The position numbers and the translations under genes were made by a program. Of a DNA stretch of 64,000 bases, positions 28,974-37,483 are shown in pieces. The notes under the pieces are model-generated. The model had not been told where the DNA came from and searched no databases. It saw only the letters and a list, made by a program, of their open reading frames with translations. The stretch is from Polaribacter sp. (lineage in GTDB: Bacteria > Bacteroidota > Bacteroidia > Flavobacteriales > Flavobacteriaceae). Location of the stretch: the NCBI GenBank assembly GCA_018608545.1, contig JABAZI010000039.1:43388-107387 (forward strand), given 5' to 3'. Every line of letters starts with the position of its first letter. The stretch's first letter is position 1.

Positions 28974-29492
28974 ATGGAGGAACAAGTTATTCTAGTTGAT
29001 GAAAAAGACAATCCAATTGGGTTGATGGGGAAAATGGAAGCCCATGAAAAAGCCATTTTACACAGGGCATTTTCCGTTTTTATTTTCAATGAAAAAGGAG
29101 AACTATTATTGCAACAAAGAGCTGCAAGTAAATACCATTCTCCCTTACTATGGACAAATACTTGTTGTTCCCATCAAAGAGATGGTGAGACAAATATTGG
29201 AGCTGGTAGAAGGAGATTGCAAGAAGAGATGGGTTTTGATACTGAAGTAAAAGAACTCTTTTCTTTCATATATAAAGCTCCTTTTGATAATGGGTTAACT
29301 GAACATGAATTAGATCATGTAATGATTGGTTACTATGATAACGCCCCCAAAATCAATAAAGAAGAAGTAGAAAGTTACAAATGGATGACTTTAATCGATG
29401 TTAAAAACGATATTAAAAAAAATCCAAAAGAATATACCGAGTGGTTTAAAATTATATTTGAAAAATCTTTAAAAAAAATACAAAATGCCTAA
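28974..29492 (+). CDS. idi: isopentenyl-diphosphate delta-isomerase, type 1 (Nudix)
   Basis: N-terminus MEEQVILVDEKDNPIG, HRAFSVFIFN, the active-site block WTNTCCSH, and a downstream E-rich Nudix-like region. The start is chosen at 28974 because 28962 lies in the promoter box. Confidence 0.88.
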   Translation: MEEQVILVDEKDNPIGLMGKMEAHEKAILHRAFSVFIFNEKGELLLQQRAASKYHSPLLWTNTCCSHQRDGETNIGAGRRRLQEEMGFDTEVKELFSFIYKAPFDNGLTEHELDHVMIGYYDNAPKINKEEVESYKWMTLIDVKNDIKKNPKEYTEWFKIIFEKSLKKIQNA

Positions 29493-29898
29493 AGTTACAG
29501 TTCACAGAAAAGCTCATTTTAATTCAGCACACAGATTATATAGAAAAGAATGGGCCGATGAAAAAAATTCAGAAGTTTTTGGAAAGTGCAATAATCCATA
29601 TTTTCATGGACACAATTATGAATTAATAGTTTCCGTAAAAGGTGAAATAGATCCTGAAACAGGATTTGTGATGGATTTATCAATTCTGAGAGGACTGATA
29701 AAATCTGAGATTGAAGAATACTTTGATCACAAAAACTTAAATGTCCAACTCGAAGAGTTTAAAGACTTGAACCCAACAGCAGAAAATATATCTGTAGTTA
29801 TTTACAATAAACTTCGTGATAAGATCTCTAAAGATCTTGAATTGTCGATTAAATTATATGAAACACCCCGTAATTTTGTAACATATTCAGGAGAATAG
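29485..29898 (+). CDS. queD: 6-carboxytetrahydropterin synthase QueD (PTPS family)
   Basis: 137 aa. FNSAHRL and CNNPYFHGHNY (Cys/His zinc and catalytic motif). Overlaps the idi stop by 8 nt (ATGCCTAA). Confidence 0.88.
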   Translation: MPKVTVHRKAHFNSAHRLYRKEWADEKNSEVFGKCNNPYFHGHNYELIVSVKGEIDPETGFVMDLSILRGLIKSEIEEYFDHKNLNVQLEEFKDLNPTAENISVVIYNKLRDKISKDLELSIKLYETPRNFVTYSGE

Positions 29899-29947
29899 TT
29901 CGTATTTGGAGTGCTTTTTAAAAAAAACAGAATTCTAAAAAATAAAC

Positions 29948-30685
29948 ATGAATATAATTGCTATGATTCCCGCGCGCTATAGTGCATCTCGCTTTCCTGG
30001 TAAGTTAATGAAAGATTTAGGAGGAAAGCCTGTTATATTGAGAACCTATGAAGCGGCATTACACACGAATTTATTTGACGATGTTTATGTTGTAACAGAT
30101 TCTGATGTCATTTTTAAAACGATTGAAACTGCAGGGGGAAAAGTAATTATGAGTAAGGAAGTTCACGAATGTGGCTCCGATAGAATTGCTGAAGGAGTCA
30201 AAAATATTGAAACAGATATCGTTATCAATGTACAAGGTGACGAACCGTTTATTGATAAAATTTCACTTTCAAAATTGATAGATGTTTTTAAAAACGATCC
30301 CAAAGAGGAGATAGACTTGGCGTCTCTAAAAGTACATATTACTAAGAAAGAAGATATTGAAAACCCTAATAATGTCAAGGTAGTTACCGATATAAATAAT
30401 TTAGCCATTTACTTTTCGAGAAGTGTCATTCCTTACCAAAGAGATCAAGATAATCCCGTAAAATATTACAAACATAAAGGAGTATATGCTTTTAGAAAAC
30501 AGGCTTTAATTGATTTTTATCATACACCAGTTACCCCTTTAGAGGCAGCTGAAAAGATTGAGGCGATCAGGTATCAAGAAATTGGTAAGAAAATCAAAAT
30601 GGTTGAAACCAATGTTGAAGCTATCGGAATTGATACTCCAGAAGATTTGGATAAAGCAATCCAATTCCTCACATCAGATGAATAA
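29948..30685 (+). CDS. kdsB: 3-deoxy-manno-octulosonate cytidylyltransferase
   Basis: 245 aa. N-terminus [17 protein letters not shown], plus NVQGDEP and IDTPEDL motifs. Confidence 0.92.
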   Translation: MNIIAMIPARYSASRFPGKLMKDLGGKPVILRTYEAALHTNLFDDVYVVTDSDVIFKTIETAGGKVIMSKEVHECGSDRIAEGVKNIETDIVINVQGDEPFIDKISLSKLIDVFKNDPKEEIDLASLKVHITKKEDIENPNNVKVVTDINNLAIYFSRSVIPYQRDQDNPVKYYKHKGVYAFRKQALIDFYHTPVTPLEAAEKIEAIRYQEIGKKIKMVETNVEAIGIDTPEDLDKAIQFLTSDE

Positions 30686-31379
30686 AATAAATAATTGTAT
30701 TAAAGTCATTGCTTTTGACGCTGATGACACCCTGTGGGTCAATGAAACTTATTTTAGAGATGCAGAATCTCAATTTGTAAAATTACTAGCGCAGTATGAA
30801 ACCCATAACAAAATAGATCAAGAACTCTTTAGCGTAGAAATAAAAAATCTTTCAGACTATGGGTATGGTGTCAAAGGATTTATTTTGTCTATGATAGAAT
30901 GTGCGTTAACCCTCTCAAATGGTCAAGTTTCTCAGAAAACAATCCAAACTATTTTGTCCATTGGTAAAGAGATGTTAAATAAGCCAATTGAATTGATAGA
31001 TGGAGTGGAAAAGGTCTTACAATTTCTTCAAAAGAAGTATACATTAATTGTCGCTACAAAAGGAGATTTATTAGATCAAGAACGAAAATTAGAAAAATCC
31101 AACCTGTTAAAGTATTTTCACCACATAGAGGTGATGTCGGATAAAAAAGAGAAAGATTACCAGAAATTAATTCGTCATTTAGAAATTCAACCTTCAGAAT
31201 TACTAATGATTGGAAACTCTTTAAAATCAGATGTTTTACCATTAATAGAAATAGGTGCCTCTGCCATTCATGTTCCATTTCATACAACTTGGATTCATGA
31301 AGAGGTTTCAGATGAAAGTCATTCTAACTCCAATTATCAAACCATAACAAATATAAAAGAAGTTTTAACGCTATTTTAA
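30678..31379 (+). CDS. HAD-superfamily hydrolase
   Basis: About 233 aa starting [20 protein letters not shown] (DxDxT motif I). It also has ATKGD (motif II-like) and a GNSLKSD (motif III/IV) region. Its ATG overlaps the kdsB stop by 8 nt. Confidence 0.8.
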   Translation: MNKINNCIKVIAFDADDTLWVNETYFRDAESQFVKLLAQYETHNKIDQELFSVEIKNLSDYGYGVKGFILSMIECALTLSNGQVSQKTIQTILSIGKEMLNKPIELIDGVEKVLQFLQKKYTLIVATKGDLLDQERKLEKSNLLKYFHHIEVMSDKKEKDYQKLIRHLEIQPSELLMIGNSLKSDVLPLIEIGASAIHVPFHTTWIHEEVSDESHSNSNYQTITNIKEVLTLF

Positions 31380-31389
31380 ATAATTAAAC

Positions 31390-31397
31390 TAAATTTG
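31390..31397 (+). promoter_or_regulatory. -7 box TAAATTTG
   Basis: Exact TAnnTTTG, 23 nt upstream of the ATG at 31421. Confidence 0.45.
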
Positions 31398-31420
31398 CAA
31401 CATTAAAATTATAACAAGTT

Positions 31421-31681
31421 ATGGCAAGTATAAAAAACTTAAAAAAAGATATTAATTACGTTCTAGGGGATGTTATTGAATACGCATTAGATGTTTCAAT
31501 ACTAAAAAATGCATCGGAAAAAGGAGATGCAATTATTGATGAGGCGATCAAAATTTTTGACAATTTAATCTCAAAAATAAATGAATCTAAAGTTGAAAAC
31601 AAAAAGGCTCATTTTAAATCAATTCACCAAGAGTTAGAAGATGAAGCAAAAGGGTTGGTAGAAAAAATCAACAAATTATAG
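31421..31681 (+). CDS. hypothetical small helical protein (86 aa)
   Basis: It has its own promoter box and a strong terminator directly downstream. The sequence is charged and helical. No family recognised. Confidence 0.6.
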   Translation: MASIKNLKKDINYVLGDVIEYALDVSILKNASEKGDAIIDEAIKIFDNLISKINESKVENKKAHFKSIHQELEDEAKGLVEKINKL

Positions 31682-31700
31682 TCTTTTCAAGAAATTTAAT

Positions 31701-31733
31701 AAAAAAACCATCATTTTAAATGATGGTTTTTTT
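31701..31733 (+). terminator. rho-independent terminator
   Basis: Stem AAAAAAACCATCA / TGATGGTTTTTTT, loop TTTTAAA. Confidence 0.88.
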
Positions 31734-31792
31734 ATTAATTATAAAGCGACATACTAAAGAAGTTAAATTCAACGTTATGTACGTATATTTAA

Positions 31793-31999
31793 ATGAAAAT
31801 AATGGCCAGACAAATATTTGAGTATACCAAAACAGTTCTTATAAAAGTGAGTTTTAATTCAGATTTGTTCTGTAAAGAAGTTGAGAAGGCTTTGAATAGA
31901 TTATTGCCTCACGAAACGGAAGAACTCCTCATTTGGATCAAACAGTTTATAGAAAATAAGCCAGAACTTCGTTCTTGTAGTTCATTATTTCATTATTAA
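31793..31999 (+). CDS. hypothetical small protein (68 aa)
   Basis: ORF only. The sequence looks plausible (YTKTVLIKVSFNSDLFCKEVEKALNRLLPHETEEL), but I found no motif or signal. Confidence 0.4.
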   Translation: MKIMARQIFEYTKTVLIKVSFNSDLFCKEVEKALNRLLPHETEELLIWIKQFIENKPELRSCSSLFHY

Positions 32000-32040
32000 A
32001 TAGAAATAAGAAAATATAAATACGGCTTTTTTAATGTCTG

Positions 32041-33489
32041 CTATTTTTTAATTCTAGATCTTGAGTATCCGAAAAGTCTTTTTTGCTTTATAATATCAGC
32101 AATTCCTTTGGGTAGCATTTCCTCCCAACCATTTTCTCCATTTAAAATCATTTTTAGAACAGTTCGTGAGAAAATATCCAAAATCCCTTTATCAAAATCG
32201 TCAATATTTACAAGTTTTCCATTCTTTTTGAAAAATTTGTACAACTCTTTCATTCTTGGATGAACTTTTAAGTTTTCACTATTGATGAATTCTCCTGAAT
32301 CAGCATCAAGATAAGGATACATATATACTTTTAGATCTCTGTAGAATAATTTCCCAAAAGCTTCCAAAATACCACCGCTCAAATTTCTATAATATTTCTC
32401 ATCAAAGATTTCAACAAGGTTTTGTGAACCCATTGTTAAGCCCATTCTTTCTTTTGTAAATTCACTAAAATATTCTACTAATTTAAAATATTGTTGAAAA
32501 TTTGTAATGATAACATTTTGACCTAAAGAACATAATAATTCAGCTCTATCTAAAAAATCACGTTCATTAATTTTCCCCTCAGAGGTAAGGTTGCTTAATG
32601 TAATTTCAAAAATAATTTGAGTTTTACTTTCTTGAACTTTTTTTTCTGCTAAAAATAATTTTTTTGATTTTTCATACATGTCCATGTTCACTTTAGTAAC
32701 AGGTCTAAAGCTACCACGAAGTGCCAGAATGTTTTTCTTGTACAATACTTGAGCAGGCAATAAATTGTTTCCATCAGGGCCAAACATTACTGCGTTGGTC
32801 ATTCCATTTTTAAGTAATTGTAAACTCATTAAACGGTTATCCACATACATAAAACGCGGTCCAGAGAAATTAATCATATCAATTTCTAATTGATCATTGC
32901 TTAAATTGTCATAAAATGATTTTACCAAATCTTTTGGGTTGTCATTTAGGTAAAAAGCACCGTAAATTAGATTTACACCCAAAATACCTAAAGTTTCTTG
33001 CTGTAAACGGGCATCTTTTTCTTTAAAACGCAAGTGTAAAACGATTTCATTATATTCTTCTAAAGGATCTAATTGAAATCGAATACCGACCCAGCCATGC
33101 CCTTTAAATTTTTTTGCAAAATCAATGGTAGTTACCGTATTTGCATAACTAAAAAATAATTTATCAGGATGTTTTTGCCTACTTAAACGATCTTCCATTA
33201 AAGAGATTTCATGCCCTAACATTCGTTGTAAACGTGGTTGTGTTACATAACGTTTGTCCTCCTCTAGTCCATAAATAGCATCAGAAAAATCTTTATCATA
33301 GGCGCTCATTGCTTTGGCAATGGTTCCAGAAGCCGCACCAGATCTAAAAAAATTACGTGCAGTTTCTTGTCCTGCTCCAATTTCTGCAAAAGTTCCGTAA
33401 ATATCTGTATTTAAATTAATTCTAAGTGCTTTGTTCTTCGTAGTAGGTACACTACTAATTTCCTGATCTCCTTTTAAAGAAATAGCCAT
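32041..33489 (-). CDS. conserved protein of unknown function (482 aa)
   Basis: Long intact ORF with a well-ordered, non-repetitive sequence (e.g. GTFAEIGAGQETARNFFRSGAASGTIAKAMSAYDK). I recognise it only as a Bacteroidota-conserved hypothetical protein and can assign no catalytic motif. Confidence 0.7.
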   Translation of the reverse strand: MAISLKGDQEISSVPTTKNKALRINLNTDIYGTFAEIGAGQETARNFFRSGAASGTIAKAMSAYDKDFSDAIYGLEEDKRYVTQPRLQRMLGHEISLMEDRLSRQKHPDKLFFSYANTVTTIDFAKKFKGHGWVGIRFQLDPLEEYNEIVLHLRFKEKDARLQQETLGILGVNLIYGAFYLNDNPKDLVKSFYDNLSNDQLEIDMINFSGPRFMYVDNRLMSLQLLKNGMTNAVMFGPDGNNLLPAQVLYKKNILALRGSFRPVTKVNMDMYEKSKKLFLAEKKVQESKTQIIFEITLSNLTSEGKINERDFLDRAELLCSLGQNVIITNFQQYFKLVEYFSEFTKERMGLTMGSQNLVEIFDEKYYRNLSGGILEAFGKLFYRDLKVYMYPYLDADSGEFINSENLKVHPRMKELYKFFKKNGKLVNIDDFDKGILDIFSRTVLKMILNGENGWEEMLPKGIADIIKQKRLFGYSRSRIKK

Positions 33490-33512
33490 ACAATACTTTT
33501 TTTTAGTTCTAA

Positions 33513-33520
33513 CAAATGTA
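33513..33520 (-). promoter_or_regulatory. -7 box TACATTTG upstream of the 482-aa gene
   Basis: Exact TAnnTTTG on the minus strand, 23 nt upstream of the ATG at 33489. Confidence 0.4.
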
Positions 33521-33553
33521 CTAAAATAGTAGGCTTCCAGTCAATTTTTATGC

Positions 33554-33561
33554 TATTTTTG
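33554..33561 (+). promoter_or_regulatory. -7 box TATTTTTG immediately upstream of the MBL-fold gene (predicts a leaderless mRNA)
   Basis: Exact TAnnTTTG ending 5 nt before the ATG at 33567. Confidence 0.45.
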
Positions 33562-33566
33562 TTCTG

Positions 33567-34349
33567 ATGGAATCTATTAAAAAACAGCTTACAATTACCT
33601 TCTTAGGTACTGGTACTTCTCAGGGTATTCCAATGATTGCAAGTAATCATCCAGTTTGCTTGTCTAAAAACCTAAAAGACAAGAGGTTAAGGTCTTCTAT
33701 TATGATTTCCTGGGACGATGTTTCTTATACTGTAGATTGTGGTTTAGACTTTAGGCAGCAAATGTTACGAGAGAATGTACAGTCATTAGACGGAGTTTTT
33801 TTTACACATGAACACGCAGATCACATAGGGGGTTTGGATGATTTAAGACCTTTTTGTTATAAAATTGGAGAAATGCCTATTTATTTAAATCAGCGAACTT
33901 TAGAGAGTTTACAGAAGCGATTTGAATATATTTTTAGTCTAGAAAATAAATATCCTGGAGCTCCAAGTGTACTTCCTAATGTAGTCCATAAGAATAGTTT
34001 TGTAGTAAATGGCTTACCGGTAACACCCATAGAAGTATTTCATGGTAATTTACCAATAACGGCTTATAGATTTGGAGATGTTGCCTATTTAACAGATGTA
34101 AAATCTGTTTCTGAAGAAGAAAAACAGAAGTTGCAAAACCTAGATGTTTTGATAGTCAATGCCCTTAGAATCGATAAGCACCCAACACATTTTAACTTAG
34201 AAGAAGCTCTAGTATTTGTTGCAGATGTTAGGCCTAAGAAAGCTTTTTTTACACACATTAGTCACAGATTGGGTTTTCATGATGAGGTGTCCAAAAACCT
34301 TCCAGATAACGTTTTTATTGCTTATGATGGGTTAAAAATTACAGTTTAG
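33567..34349 (+). CDS. MBL-fold metallo-hydrolase (PhnP/GPMBL-like)
   Basis: 260 aa. N-terminus FLGTGTSQGIP and the HEHADH motif. Confidence 0.85.
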   Translation: MESIKKQLTITFLGTGTSQGIPMIASNHPVCLSKNLKDKRLRSSIMISWDDVSYTVDCGLDFRQQMLRENVQSLDGVFFTHEHADHIGGLDDLRPFCYKIGEMPIYLNQRTLESLQKRFEYIFSLENKYPGAPSVLPNVVHKNSFVVNGLPVTPIEVFHGNLPITAYRFGDVAYLTDVKSVSEEEKQKLQNLDVLIVNALRIDKHPTHFNLEEALVFVADVRPKKAFFTHISHRLGFHDEVSKNLPDNVFIAYDGLKITV

Positions 34350-34405
34350 GTTTTATTTTCTTTCTATTTTGGCAAAAATCATCAATACAAAACAACGATT
34401 GAAGA

Positions 34406-36262
34406 TTATTTTCTCATTAAAAAATCTTGGAAAGCGTTTTGAGTGATCGCTTTTCCCAAAGAATCTAAGCTTTTGGTATTTTTTCCAGTTTCTAAAATTG
34501 TTTTTTTGCCCATATAATCATACACAAAAACTCCGTCTTTTGAAATGGTACCATATCCTTTGTTAAAAATATAGTGAGCATATTGTTTGTCGGAAGAATT
34601 GAATATGTTTTTGCTAAAAATAAATTCTCTATTAGAGGTGTTTAAGAGACTTAAGAGGGTAAAAGGCAAATCTACTTGACTTGCTATCGTGGAGATTTCA
34701 ATCCCTTTATTATTTAAGGCTCCTCCCAACCACAACATGGGGATTTTAAATTTTTTTGGGGAATTAAAAACTCCATCATGTTTTGGGGAACGATGTCCGT
34801 GATCTGATAAAATAACGATTAAAGTATTGTCATACCAGGGTTGTTTTTTTGCAAAGGCTATAAAATCACCAATTACTTTGTCTGTATAGGCATGTGCACT
34901 CCTAAATTTATTCTCTTCGGTATCTTTTCCAAACTTATATTCCTCAGGAAATTCAAAAGGCTCGTGACTTGTTAAAGTGAGTGCTATTTTAAAAAAAGGT
35001 TCTTTTTGGTTTCCCTTCAAGTCATTTTCAAAACGTTTCATGAAAACACGGTCATGAACTCCCCATTTGGAGTTCCAATCTTTTTGATCAAAATCAGTTC
35101 CGTCTATGAAATTTGTGATTCCTGCATTTCGAAGGTAGGTATTCATGTTTCCGAAGTTTAAATCTCCACCATGATAAAAAGAAGTTGCATATCCTAGATC
35201 GATCATTTTTTGTGGAAACATTGGTAAGCTTCTGGTTTTGTTTGGCCTCTTCATAATGCTCTTCGTCGGTTGTGGATAATAACCACTTAAAATAGCAGGA
35301 ATTCCTTTATCTGTTCGGTCTCCATTTGCATAAAAATTCGTGAAGAGCATTCCTTCTTTAGAGAGTGTATTGAGGTTTTGAGTAACTGTTGGCTCACCCC
35401 CTAAAGAACCGACCACTTTAGCAGTTAAGCTCTCCCAAATGATTAAAATAACATTTGGTTTTGTTGTGTTTAAAACACGATCAGTATCGGCAACTAAAAG
35501 AGTGTTTTTTATCTTATTGATCGTATTTTTTGCAACTTCCTTTTTAAAGAATTTGTAAGGATTTTGGCCATCAGATTTGTGTGTTAGTGCGTTGGCAAAA
35601 TTCCAGGCATAATTAATTGATGCATGGTTTGCAAACATTTTACTAGAAAAATACACATTGCTTTGATTCACAGGGATCGTTTGTAATCCTCCTCTAATTG
35701 GGACTATTAATGCGGCAGTTATCAATAGAAATACAATTGATTGCATCCAATATGCTTTTTCAAGTATTTCAATTCTTTTTGTAATTTTTCTCGTAAATAT
35801 TTTAATAAAAAAGAACGAGATTAAGATCCAAAAAATAACACCAGAAATCAATTGAAAATTAGTGACAGAAGCAATCATTAATTTTGGAGTATTCAAGTAT
35901 TTAAGAAATGCAGCATCTAGACGAGTTCCCCATGATTGGTATAAACTAGCATCAATCATTAGCAGTAAACTCAATACAATTATGAGAATTATAGAATACC
36001 ATTTTAAAATTGATTCAATTTTTTTTGACCTTGTAAATACAGAAAAAATAATCAATACAAAAGGAATAAAACAAAGGTATGAAGCAAAAGAAATATCTAA
36101 TCGAAGACCATAAATAAATGTTTTTAATGTTGTTGATAATCCCAGTTCTTCTGTTTTTTCAAAGTAAAATAGTAAAAAAAAGAGACGTGCAACCACAAAA
36201 TAAACGATCCATAAAAGAAAATAGTTGCAGTTAAATAAAAATCTATTTTTAAAAGTTTTCAT
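34406..36262 (-). CDS. LTA synthase-family protein (membrane-anchored sulfatase-like phosphoglycerol transferase)
   Basis: 618 aa. Five N-terminal TM helices followed by an alkaline-phosphatase/sulfatase-like domain (IIWESLT, SDHG). Confidence 0.8.
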   Translation of the reverse strand: MKTFKNRFLFNCNYFLLWIVYFVVARLFFLLFYFEKTEELGLSTTLKTFIYGLRLDISFASYLCFIPFVLIIFSVFTRSKKIESILKWYSIILIIVLSLLLMIDASLYQSWGTRLDAAFLKYLNTPKLMIASVTNFQLISGVIFWILISFFFIKIFTRKITKRIEILEKAYWMQSIVFLLITAALIVPIRGGLQTIPVNQSNVYFSSKMFANHASINYAWNFANALTHKSDGQNPYKFFKKEVAKNTINKIKNTLLVADTDRVLNTTKPNVILIIWESLTAKVVGSLGGEPTVTQNLNTLSKEGMLFTNFYANGDRTDKGIPAILSGYYPQPTKSIMKRPNKTRSLPMFPQKMIDLGYATSFYHGGDLNFGNMNTYLRNAGITNFIDGTDFDQKDWNSKWGVHDRVFMKRFENDLKGNQKEPFFKIALTLTSHEPFEFPEEYKFGKDTEENKFRSAHAYTDKVIGDFIAFAKKQPWYDNTLIVILSDHGHRSPKHDGVFNSPKKFKIPMLWLGGALNNKGIEISTIASQVDLPFTLLSLLNTSNREFIFSKNIFNSSDKQYAHYIFNKGYGTISKDGVFVYDYMGKKTILETGKNTKSLDSLGKAITQNAFQDFLMRK

Positions 36263-36266
36263 AATT

Positions 36267-37292
36267 TTATTGAGTAACCTTTAGCCTGGCTTGGGCAGTG
36301 ACTGTAATATCAGAATAATCCTTTTTTAAATATTTTAAATACCCAGTTACAGCAATCATTGCCGCATTATCTGTTGTGTATTCAAATTTAGGAACATAGG
36401 TCGTCCAGCCAAAATGCTTTTCTGCGAATTGTAATTTTTTTCTAATTTCGGAATTAGCTGAAACTCCTCCTGCTATTGCGATATGTTTGATATTAGTATG
36501 TTTGACTGCATTTTTTAATTTATCCATTAAAATTTCCACAATTGTAAACTGTATTGAAGCGCAAATATCATGTAAATTTTCTTCAATAAATCTTGAGTTT
36601 TTACGTTGTTGTTTTTGGATAAAATATAAAATCCCTGTTTTTAATCCACTAAAACTAAAATCCAAATCACCTACTTTTGGTTTTGTAAAACGAAAAGCTT
36701 TCGGATTCCCTAGTTTTGCATATTTGTCAATTAAAGGTCCTCCTGGATAGGGCAAGCCTAGAATTTTAGCTGATTTATCGAAGGCTTCTCCTACGGCATC
36801 ATCAATTGTTTCACCTAATACTTCCATTTCAAAATGATCGGTTACTTTGACAATTTGGGTGTGTCCTCCACTAATAGTCAAGCACAAGAAAGGGAAAGGA
36901 GGTGTTTTATTCAAATTTTCATCAATAAAATGAGATAGAATATGAGCTTGCATATGATTTACCTCAATTAAAGGAATTTTTAACCCCAATGCCAAAGACT
37001 TTGCAAAAGAGGTACCAACTAGTAGTGATCCCATTAATCCTGGGCCTCTGGTAAAAGCAATTGCAGACAACTCTTCTTTGGTGATATTTGCTTTTTCAAT
37101 GGCTTGTTGAACAACAGGAACTATGTTTTGCTGATGAGCTCTAGATGCCAATTCAGGCACAACACCTCCGTATTTAGAATGCACTTCTTGGTTTGCTATC
37201 ACATTGCTCAATACTTTTGTATCACAAATGACAGAGGCACTTGTATCATCACAAGAAGATTCTATACCTAAGATGTAAATGGGTTTTTTCAT
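36267..37292 (-). CDS. tsaD: tRNA N6-adenosine threonylcarbamoyltransferase TsaD
   Basis: 341 aa with GIESSCDDTS, HMQAH and GGVSAN motifs. Confidence 0.95.
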   Translation of the reverse strand: MKKPIYILGIESSCDDTSASVICDTKVLSNVIANQEVHSKYGGVVPELASRAHQQNIVPVVQQAIEKANITKEELSAIAFTRGPGLMGSLLVGTSFAKSLALGLKIPLIEVNHMQAHILSHFIDENLNKTPPFPFLCLTISGGHTQIVKVTDHFEMEVLGETIDDAVGEAFDKSAKILGLPYPGGPLIDKYAKLGNPKAFRFTKPKVGDLDFSFSGLKTGILYFIQKQQRKNSRFIEENLHDICASIQFTIVEILMDKLKNAVKHTNIKHIAIAGGVSANSEIRKKLQFAEKHFGWTTYVPKFEYTTDNAAMIAVTGYLKYLKKDYSDITVTAQARLKVTQ

Positions 37293-37311
37293 AGAAAATC
37301 ATAATTATCAG

Positions 37312-37319
37312 CAAAATTA
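37312..37319 (-). promoter_or_regulatory. -7 box TAATTTTG upstream of tsaD
   Basis: Exact TAnnTTTG on the minus strand, 19 nt upstream of the tsaD ATG. Confidence 0.45.
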
Positions 37320-37372
37320 AGGATAATTTTATGTTGAGATACTTTTTTAAGAATAGAAATTTAATTCTTTAT

Positions 37373-37380
37373 TAAATTTG
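37373..37380 (+). promoter_or_regulatory. -7 box TAAATTTG upstream of tamB
   Basis: Exact TAnnTTTG, about 100 nt upstream of the tamB TTG start and divergent from the tsaD promoter. Confidence 0.35.
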
Positions 37381-37483
37381 CACGTTCTTTGTAATACATT
37401 GACACGATAATTAGCATTCACAGCTGATTTCGTTATATTTATCTTAAACAAAACGAGTTATCAAAAAAGTTAGCAATAAAATA

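Noticed and set aside
30558-30677. N-terminal extension of the HAD ORF, overlapping 128 nt of kdsB
   Set aside because: The extension ([15 protein letters not shown]...) reads like out-of-frame kdsB sequence. The family motif I (FDADDT) appears right after the internal ATG at 30678.
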